NCBI GenBank assembly: GCA_963666285.1
Contig: OY762711.1
Length of the DNA stretch: 64,000 bases
Direction: 5' to 3' (one strand)
From: Sedimentisphaerales bacterium
Lineage (GTDB): Bacteria; Planctomycetota; Phycisphaerae; Sedimentisphaerales; SM23-30
Part shown: in pieces, positions 50,101-58,900 of the stretch
Layout: each line of letters starts with the position of its first letter
Numbering within the stretch: position 1 is the stretch's first letter
Notes under the pieces: generated by a model
Seen by the model: the letters and a program-made list of their open reading frames with translations, nothing else
The model's database searches: none
Told to the model about the DNA's origin: nothing
Position numbers and translations under genes: made by a program

Positions 50101-51793
50101 AAAAACTGTTAGCATTACCGGGGGTAAATACAATAGTTTTACCGTTAAGGTCAAAGCTGTTATCTCCAATGCCGGTAAAGGTTTCAGTTAAATAATCAGT
50201 ATATCCAAGGGCCATCAGAATTGTGATATGTCTTACAAGATTGTTACTATCTATAATTTCAATATTTGCAGTATATATACCATCACTCATCGAAGCTGTT
50301 GTTTCAGGATTTATACTGACAGTAATATCCTCAGAATCCCCGGCAACCAAAGTTCCTGATACCGGACTGACAGAAAGCCATGAAACCGGGACAGAGGCCT
50401 GCCAGGAAAGCTCCTCTGTTGTTTCGTTCGCAAAGACATATTCAACATTAGATTGCGAAAATGGGCCACCGGCCTGACCAAAGAAGATATAATCATCTAC
50501 CGGGCTAATATCCAGCCCAACCGGAGACTCCTGAATGATTTTTTCACAGAATGTGTACAGATCATAATAATTCCAGTACGAGCCATATCTTAAAGACGAA
50601 CTCCGGCAGCCGCTTATCCAGCTGTCAGATGCAATGGTTTCATAATAAGCAAGAAAATCTTCCCAACTTGTAGCATCTAAAAACTGCATATTGCTAGAGT
50701 TATAATCAGTTTCCGGACCACCGGAAGGGAAATTAACAGATAAACCATGCGCTCCCTGATAGGAAGCACCATGCATTTCTGCAATAGTAATATTACTCAA
50801 AGCCGTTTCGACATTTGAAGCATCCAGCAGGCATAATTCCGGATTGCTCATACCATTAGCAATAAGACTGTCAGAAAAATCATTTACCGCGGTTAATAGC
50901 GTATCAACGCCTGAAAGATCAAAAGCAGCCAAAGTTTCACCAGTTAAATATGACTGATAATAACGGTTTACAATCACAGAACCTAATTCAGGTGTGGTGA
51001 TAAAGGGATTAGTTTGTAAATCTTCGAAGATAGTGTCATAGGGCCAACCATCAGCGGGTATTTCAGCTGGAGAACCGATAAAGTAATCAACCACATCTTT
51101 GTATTCAGAAATCACTTCAACCATAGCCATGAGACACGCATCCATGCCTAAGACATCGATATTTATAAGTTCTTCTGTTTTAAGCTCTTCCAGAACTACC
51201 CTGATCTCTGCCAGAGATAATTCATCCTGACTGGTAGAATCTAGACAAATAGCTTTGGCAGGGTCTTCCTCAATCTTGGGTAAACCCAGCCCTCGCGATA
51301 AACTGTAGGCTGCAGCCTGACTTACATAGTAATCGGCCCAGCCGTTACCATGGTTCCATAGAACAAGAGCGGTTCTGGTTGACGGGAAACTGGCAGCACC
51401 CCAGGAGATAAAATCTTTCAGATTTTGCGGGTCGCCCATATTTATTTCGCCGAGATCCTCACCCCATGAGCTGCCGGGGGTATCGCCGAATTGCACATAC
51501 CCCCTGCGGGTAGTAGTCCAATTGTCATATGAGTAGCTGTAACTACCTATCCTATCAAGCATTACCACAATATTTATATTGGTATCACTGCCAATAGAAG
51601 ACATTTCGATAAAATCCAAGAGTGCATATTCTTCAAGGTCATTGTCGCCATCGACATAGATAAGGAAAGTCCATTCTTTCAAAGGTGCCGGGTTGGTTGG
51701 TGAATATTGCGCATATATATGCCCAGATATGCAGAGCAACAATATCATCACCCAGAAAGTATTGTTAATAAGAGATTTACAGGCTGTTCTCAT
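47114..51793 (-). CDS. Large secreted clostripain-family (C11) cysteine peptidase with BACON/Ig-like, two NIDO-like, GATase-like and dockerin-like domains
   Basis: WTFLIY.DGDNDLE, EINMGDP, LWNHGNGW (catalytic His), MDACLMA (catalytic Cys); two FPFFG/YV.SNG..TF...PRIS.F..DL units; C-terminal dockerin-like pair. Confidence 0.85.
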   Translation of the reverse strand: MRTACKSLINNTFWVMILLLCISGHIYAQYSPTNPAPLKEWTFLIYVDGDNDLEEYALLDFIEMSSIGSDTNINIVVMLDRIGSYSYSYDNWTTTRRGYVQFGDTPGSSWGEDLGEINMGDPQNLKDFISWGAASFPSTRTALVLWNHGNGWADYYVSQAAAYSLSRGLGLPKIEEDPAKAICLDSTSQDELSLAEIRVVLEELKTEELINIDVLGMDACLMAMVEVISEYKDVVDYFIGSPAEIPADGWPYDTIFEDLQTNPFITTPELGSVIVNRYYQSYLTGETLAAFDLSGVDTLLTAVNDFSDSLIANGMSNPELCLLDASNVETALSNITIAEMHGASYQGAHGLSVNFPSGGPETDYNSSNMQFLDATSWEDFLAYYETIASDSWISGCRSSSLRYGSYWNYYDLYTFCEKIIQESPVGLDISPVDDYIFFGQAGGPFSQSNVEYVFANETTEELSWQASVPVSWLSVSPVSGTLVAGDSEDITVSINPETTASMSDGIYTANIEIIDSNNLVRHITILMALGYTDYLTETFTGIGDNSFDLNGKTIVFTPGNANSFYLACVRDTVDFEVDPSGSTEISLNDDDAREILLNDHNFPFFGQLYNAIYVGSNGYLTFVADTEFTESVSSHFNMPRISAFFDDLCPISGVTRISYLIDDEKLVVTYEDIGELNSSGSQTGNVNSFQLLLFFSGVIKITWINIEAGDGLVGLSNGVIPEVFLESNLNRYQQCQQVGPIAPIALDIYLTVNQVMSQSIILSAYDDGTPQELEYVITELPVIGKLYDGEVEITTVPYSLGFNNILTYQIDDYVEGIDYFNWYANDGDSSSNIASITIEVLPPVDYITESFLAGESDLSGLSATFTPDDSEGGYSVCIDSLTDLPNDPNAGTRILNYSGNNDDIYQEIVLSDSKQVLHYGTGYSYFYVSANGNITFGSGSTVPAFSYSEHFAVPRISMFYADLNPDFGGEVYYNQLDDRVVITFNQVWDWDNNDYTFQTELFFNGVIKIHWLDVDGNSELVGVGFSEGQGIPSSFVETDFSSSSSCIANNPIALDSTIDVWAGQSAAVLLEAEFADEYIISSLPEYGDLYVGQTLIDTVPYGLGNDNILLYSADRDALSSDQFQWYCYNSTSDMMTVSNTATVDILIHSCEEILEPEPVMPEDQSVCRPVNLPLMWDVPVVETKSSLAYSETRSVELQQSILDKKLTCESEKGIPTVSALPTKAFIDIPDATVNVLMFVKYANNTVGGEVENTLNAVAQYFTDFSVTLTDEEDPILLGQLLESNQVFIIPEQQNTIVSVASALGESWSEILNEFVERGGIVIACDYFWGAYELMNSAGMMQVLADQPAIIGGMEIEKASDNLLTENMDQSFVSSIGTVAYDSTENEILISYQGKPVAVSNYMGHGMAILLGWDFYSYDDNYARLIANAVRLGISDLSYDIYLDTVNPPVNLAAEGYRFKIFDPGVLETDMQYYWKVDVSNDCGDYISGPVWSFTTSGSNVDFDGDCKVDIADMSYLAANWLNSDCSASWFRCDGADIDRSGGIDFNDLTEFAQGWLSIK

Positions 51794-52159
51794 AATTATC
51801 CGCCACGAGCGAGTAAAAATCTGCGCTCGTATCTTTGCTATATTGATTTTACAGTAATTGCCGGCAACAAGTCAACAATAGTTATGCACACTTAAATCCT
51901 GGTCACAAAGTAACCAATTACTGCCTTAATTATTTAATTACATATACTTATAATTTTATTACATAATATAAGCGTAAAGTTAACAGGCTTAGTTTTTATC
52001 GGGTAAACTATTGGTGCATTTTAGCTTACAACATATATCTACAGCGATATTATAGTCCGGCGAAATAAATTGTATTAGTTATAACGATTATAACTCTATT
52101 GATGAAAGAGCGTTGCAAACCATACAATCGTAACAATCAAATTTATTTTGATAATTTAT

Positions 52160-52201
52160 TTGCAAGTTCGACAAATGTCGTATATATTCTAAACATGTAG
52201 A
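52160..52201 (+). promoter_or_regulatory. blaI-like promoter with overlapping BlaI/CopY-type operator palindromes
   Basis: TTGCAA (52160-52165), 17 nt, TATATT (52183-52188); CGACA-AA-TGTCG lies in the spacer and CTAAA-CA-TGTAG just downstream, both resembling the TACA-NN-TGTA BlaI/CopY box. Confidence 0.65.
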
Positions 52202-52327
52202 ATGTGTGTTTGAGTGAAGAGTATAAATTGAATATTTAAGAGTTATGGGACCCGTCTGCAGCGGGACAATTTATAATTATAATATATTTATTTACAAATA
52301 CTTATAATCATTAAACGGAAAGATAAT

Positions 52328-52723
52328 ATGACAAAACCAACTGAAGAAAAACAAGGCAAATATGAGCTAACCGAGGCGGAATGGTCTATTATGCGGCATA
52401 TCTGGGATAACGGTGCCAGTACTGCGGGTATGGTGCAGGAGGCATTGGAAAAGAGTAAAGGCTGGGCGTACAGTACAGTAAAGACAACGATGGACCGTAT
52501 GGTAAAGAAAAATTTACTATTTACCGAGCGTATCCGCAACCTGCAATTGTTTAAGGCGTGTATCAGCCGGGAGCAGGCACAAAAAGGAGAGTTTCAAAAG
52601 ATGCTCTCACGAGCGTTTAACGGTGCTTTAACGCCAATGATGCAGTTTCTTCTGGAGAATGAAGAGATATCGAAGAACGAACTGGATGAGTTAAGGCAGA
52701 TGATAGAAGATAAGAAAAGTTAA
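52328..52723 (+). CDS. BlaI/MecI/CopY family transcriptional repressor
   Basis: LTEAEWSIMRHIW, WAYSTVKTTMDRMVKK, F.G...P.M.FL, EL.ELRQMI. Confidence 0.93.
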   Translation: MTKPTEEKQGKYELTEAEWSIMRHIWDNGASTAGMVQEALEKSKGWAYSTVKTTMDRMVKKNLLFTERIRNLQLFKACISREQAQKGEFQKMLSRAFNGALTPMMQFLLENEEISKNELDELRQMIEDKKS

Positions 52724-52746
52724 ATAAATAAGTGAAGAATTAAGAT

Positions 52747-52780
52747 GTCGCTCCGCCTGAGGCGGATTTCATTCTGCGAC
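52747..52780. repeat. Small palindromic (REP-like) hairpin between blaI and the giant ORF
   Basis: GTCGC-TCCGCC-TGA-GGCGGA-...-GCGAC; related cores at 2494-2508 and 63674-63688. Confidence 0.5.
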
Positions 52781-52901
52781 CGTGTATTAATTCGCCTAGT
52801 AACGCCACTTACAAATTATTTGTGTAACGGAAATGAGTTTTCAACGTCTGGATATATAGACATAAAGCTATAAAATTAAGATACTTAAGAAAGGTCGGAA
52901 C

Positions 52902-55900
52902 ATGGACATTACAACCATGATCAATGAATTGGGCCAATGGTTCTGTAAAGAAAACTTTGCTATGCTGGTTCAGTCGAGCGTGTTAATAGCAGTACTAATG
53001 CTGCTGGATCTAGTTATCAAGAAACGAGTTAGAGCGGTTATTCGATATTGCATCTGGATGCTGGTACTGGTGAAGCTGGTACTGCCGACGAGCATATCTA
53101 TGCCTACCGGTTTAGGGTACTGGATAAGCGACCAATGGTCGATGGAAGCCAGAACAGTCGAACAGCCGAACAGTCGAGAAGAAATTTCAAAAGAAGGGAC
53201 ACGGGAGGATAGCGAAGCAATTGCGGCGGCGGACAGTATGGTCACAGATGGTGTACGGGTGGTACGCAACGGCGCGAAGCGTAACGGCGAAGAGTTAACT
53301 GAAACGGCGGATAGCGGCGGTATAGCGGCTAACAGCGGAAAGGTATCGAATGGTAACGGCGATGCAGCGGCGGAAGACCAAATAAGTGGAGTGACAGGCT
53401 TACGGGATATTAATATTTTGCAAAATGACGTAAGTGCAGAAAAAAAATCAGCGGGCCTACCAGATGGGATGAAGTCTGAAGTAAGAAGTCTGAAGTCTGA
53501 AAATGAAGAAATTAAGAATTCAGAATTTAAAAATCAGGAAGAAGAAGAAAAGGGATATGGGATAAGGGATAAGGGATTAGGGAATGTGCTCGCTAACGCT
53601 CGGTTAATTAATAATGAAGAAGCAACCACGAAAAAGGGGACGGAGAATCTGAAGTCTGAAGTAGGAAGTCTGAAGTCTGAAAATGAAGAAAAACAGTTAG
53701 CGGCCGGGAATCAAATAACCTGGCAGGGCTGGATATTTATGGGCTGGTCGGTTGGTGTGCTGGTGCTGGTGAGTGTGCTGGTGCAGCGGTTCTGGTTTGT
53801 TAAGAGCCTGGTAGCGCAGAGTGAGCCGGTGAAGGCCGAGCGTATAAGGCAATTGATGGCTGAATGCCGGGAGCTGGTCAGAGTAAGCAGTAAAGTAGAG
53901 CTAAGGCTGACACGTAATATGATGAGTCCGGCGGCGTGCGGATTGTGGAAGCCTGTGATACTTATGCCGGAAGAGCTGCTGGAGAAATTGAGTAAGGACC
54001 AGCTGAAAGCGGTACTGCTGCATGAGCTGTCGCATATCAAGCGAGGCGACCTGTGGGTGAACCTGGCACAGACACTTTTGCAGATAGTGTACTTCTTTAA
54101 CCCCCTGCTCTGGATCGCAAATGCGATAATTCGCAATGTGCGAGAGAAAGCGGTAGATGAGTTGGTGATCGCGAAGCTAGAAGGTGATGCCGGGATGTAC
54201 AGCAGTACACTGGTTGATATAGCCGAGATCGCATTTTCCCGACCGCATTTCAGTTTGAGGCTGGTCGGGGTAGTCGAGTCCAAGAAGGCGTTGAAAGACC
54301 GTATAAAGCATATCTTATCGAGGAAGTTTCCCAAATCAGCCAGATTGGGTGCGGCGGGTATTGTGAGTATAATTGTACTGGCGGCGGTGCTGCTGCCGAT
54401 GGCGAGCGGGCAAGGTGCACAGGATAAATATATCTTTGAATATGGAGATGGCCATAAAATCGAGCTGGTCGGAATATGCAGCTGGCCGCCAAACGGCAAC
54501 AAATGGCATAGTCCGGATGGTATGCCGCTGGATATAAAGATCCAGACCTCTGACAGCAGCGGTATAGAATCGGATGAGCCCGGCTATCAGCTGGCGTTCA
54601 GGTCTGACAAGGGAGCAGCGTTCAAGTTAGAGTATATCAAAGGCTGCAGAGCGAAAAGTGAGCTTGGCGTATTTGACAAAAATGAAATAACAGCTTTTAA
54701 GGCTCATATCAATGGCAATTTAAATAAAACCAATATTAGAATCGCGGTACCGGATGGCAACTGGGAAACGTCATGTTCGAGCAGATCGATAACAGGTACG
54801 AGCGGCCATAAAGTAGATGGTAAGCCGTTAATATTCGGCGGGATGCAGTCCGGCGATAATATGATTATTACCTGCAGTGATAATGTAGGCTATAAAAAAG
54901 CGAGCAGGATAGTTGTAATTGACAAAAGCGGAAAGATAGTTGACGGAAAATCAATCGCGGATACCGGTTTTAATAATGTTCGACAGCGGACAATAGAATA
55001 TAAGAACATTGGACCTGCCGATATTGATAAGATCGAATTTATGACATGTTCGTATAAGACACATACGTTTAAGAATGTGGTTTTGAAATCGATACCCAAG
55101 AATCTTCAGTTCAGAATCGAGGGAACTGTAACTGATGCAGATACGGGCGATCCGATTGCCGGTGCAAAGGTAGGCGATGTTTCAGGCTATAACAGCGGCA
55201 GGTTTTCTACTACGACAGACGAAAACGGTAAATACGAATACCTGACATATTATGAAGAGCATAATATTGTTGCGAAAGCAGCCGGTTATGAAACTAAGCA
55301 GGAGATACTGCTGACGAAGCTGATCGGGAAAGAAGATAAAAAGACTATTGATTTTAATCTGAAGGATGAAAGAAAACAGGGATCAGGGATCGGGGATAAG
55401 GGATTAGGGAAAGTGCTCGCTAACGCTCGGTTAATTAATAATGAAGAAGCAACCACGAAAAAGGGGACGGAGAATCTGAAGTCTGAAGTAGGAAGTCTGA
55501 AGTCTGAAAGTGAAGAAATTAAGAATTCAGAATTAAAAATTAAGGAAGAAGAAGAAGAAGAAGAAGAAGAAAAGGGATATGGGATAAGGGATAAGGGATT
55601 AGGGAATGTGCTCGCTGACGCTCGGTTAATTAATAATGAAGAAGCAACCACGAAAAAGGGAATGGACAATCTGAAGTCTGAAGTAGGAAGTCTGAAGTCT
55701 GAAAAAGAATATATTAAGAAAGAAGAAAATAACCCAAAAGAAAGTGAAGAGCTAAGAACTAAGTATACTTTGTCAGAATTATTAAAAAATATACAAAATG
55801 CTGATAATGTTAGAAGTCAGCTACTATCGAATTCACAAGGTAAAGCATTGATCAATATCACATTAAGTAAAATGGCTACCAACGGGAAAGGTAAGCTACA

Positions 55901-58900
55901 GGATGAGTCTGTCAAGAAGTTTGATACAGACGACTATAGCTGCGTTATTGACAAAAACGGTAATTTCACCATAGACTGGTACCAGAGCGTTGTCAAAAGA
56001 AGGTTTGATTTACATTCTGTCGATCAACTAAACAATACAACACAGGCTAAGCCACTATGGTCAAATGTTGACGCACGCACTTTTATTGACCCTAATAAAT
56101 GGATAGTTTATGATGCGATAAAAGATGAATGTTCTGCAAAAAACGCAAAAGCACGAGCTAAGCATGCAACAAATCCGCTATCGATAATATTTGATTTTGA
56201 TATTGAACGACTTTACAGCGTAAACCTTCATTCTCAAATCCGAAACATTGTCCTCTTGTATGCAAATAATGGAACTAAGCCTAAAATAGCTGCTGAGACC
56301 GTTAACGGTATACCCTGTATTAAGATTTCAATCTTTAAAGAAGCTGAAAATGATAATGGCAACATAATGAATAAGCTAATTGAGTTCTGGGTTTCACCGG
56401 AGATGGGACATTCGCTGATTAAATATAGATTTTCTATGGGCAAATGGTCCCAAGGAATAGACCTCCCCCTTTGGCAAAGTTATGATGCAAGCTATATAGA
56501 GTCCAAAGAAAATCATGGAGTGTGGCTGCTTAATAAGCTGGAAATGTCACATAAAGATATTACGATGGGCAATATTGAAACTCTTCGGGTAGAGTTTGTT
56601 GAGACAGAGATTGATACTGCTATTTCTGGTGAAGTATTTACTACCAAGGGTTTGGGCGTAACAGATAAGACTAAGTTTGTTGATAAATTGATGGAAGAGA
56701 AAGAAAGTCAGAGATATGGCGAAGAAATTAAGAAAGAAGAATTAAAAATTAAGAAAGAAGAAGAAGAAAAGGGATATGGGAAGGAAAACATAAAGGATGA
56801 AGTATCAAGTATCAAGTATAAAAAGAATTCAAACACGAAAGACGGAAAAGATGCGGAAATGGGGACGGACCCCATTAATTCATTGGATATTAAACAAGAA
56901 TGGAAAACAATTGCAGAATCATATAAAGTGAATTCCAATATTCCGGTGCAAGTTGCTTCAGTGGCAACGGATTACGGACAGGTAGTCTTTGGAAATGCGT
57001 ACAGTAAAGATGATGGAGCCTGGATATCAACAACTGACGATATTGACAGAAATATTTGTGAGGTACGCATTGTCGCAATCGATATCGATGGTAATATATT
57101 ACTTCAAAATGGCGGAGGAAGCAGCACTGTAAACAAAACAAATACACTGCAATGTCGATTTGACACTGAATTGAGCAAAGTCAGTCTTTTTGAAATTCAG
57201 ATCAGGAATAATGAAACCACAAAAGATGCAGAAGCTGAAATTAATATAGAAACGATTAAGGGATGGGTAATAGATTATTATAAAGATTATGACCTGGAGC
57301 ATCCGAGTGATCGAATATTGAAAAGAAGATTCCTCGAATGGAATGAACCGGCAGTTGACAGCAGCAACCGACATCTGATAAATTGCACGGTTGAAGAGAC
57401 AAGCCGGAAAAGCGGAGATGATATTATAGTTATCAAGGGCGAGGACTTTACCTTTAACCCGGACGGCAGTTGTGCATCGAAGAAGAAAACAAACACAAAT
57501 TCACTATTTGATTATATCGCGAGCGATATTGTCGGTAGATACATAAGAAACAATATAGATGATGGCTATAGCTGGAAAAGTTATGTTGAGAAAGGAAATT
57601 TAGGAACAGATGAAAATGGTAACTATACATATAGGATTAAATATGAGTTGAGATATAATGATAGCAGCTATTCTTATACATATTTCACGAAAACATTTAC
57701 GGTGAATCCGGATTACGAGATAATTGCGATTGAAGAACTGCCGAAGGAGCTGACCAGTTATGATAAACGCAGGATTGCGAACATGGTGAGTGAATACAGA
57801 GAGAAGATGAGGAAAAGGGATATTGCCGGGATACTTGAGATGCTGGTGATTGAGGATGATAAACATCTGGAGATGGTTAAGCAATATCTTGAAGAAACTT
57901 TATACGGGAAATGGTCAGATTGGAATTTTTATTCAGAAGAGAATAATAAGTTCGTTGACGTTTATGAAGATGGTAATAATAACTTTGAAGCCTGGACACT
58001 GACTAAATCTTTGGATGATAAATGGACTATAGGAGTGATACCGGTAAGGTATAAGAATGGGGAATTTAAGCTTGACAACTTTAACAAGGAAACAATAGAA
58101 AAGTGTAAAATAATTAAGACAACAGATATAGACAGTATGGGCAAGATATTGCAGCAGAAGAATGCCGAGGGATGGGTTCATGCCGAAGGAAAAGAACTGA
58201 AGAAGCTTTATCTGGATAAGATAACTCATGAACAGAGAAGCCTGGCGACATTAAGCGTTGCTGATAAGTACAAATTAGAGATGATGAGATTTTGTACAAG
58301 AGAAGAAATTGAGAAACGGTTGAACGAACTTGAGAGTATGACACCGGAAGAGCTGAAGGAGAAAATGATATCGGAAGCCCTACTACGACCAGCTCAGAAC
58401 AAAGCGGCAAGAGGAGAGAAGTCTGAAGTAAGAAGTCTGAAGGCTGAAAGTGAAGAAATTAAGAATTCAGAATTAAAAATTAAGGAAGAAGAAGAAAAGG
58501 GATATGGGGTGGAAAACATAAAGGATGAAGTATCAAGTATCAAGTATAAAAAGAATTCAAACACGAAAGACGGAAAAGATGCGGAAATGGGGACGGACCC
58601 CTTTAATTCAACCTATCTGCAAAATTCCGGCAGTATATGGGATCTGCACAAGACAGACAGGATGCAGGATATCTTTATGCTTGACCTGGAAACGGGGCTG
58701 AAAGCGAAGCTTAAAGATATCGCTGATATCGAACAGCTGAAAAGGACACAAGAATCATTCAACGCAGGTGATATCTATTATTGCTATGATCAACAGCCAT
58801 GGCTGGGGATAGTTCAAGAAGCACATTTCGCGAATGGAAATATAGAATTTGACCCGGCTTTGAAAAGGACAGTAATCAGCGGGTTAAACAATATTATTGT

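Noticed and set aside
51952..51985. dif-like site (TTATGTAA arm on the minus strand)
   Set aside because: Only one arm resembles XerD binding; the other arm and the spacing do not fit.
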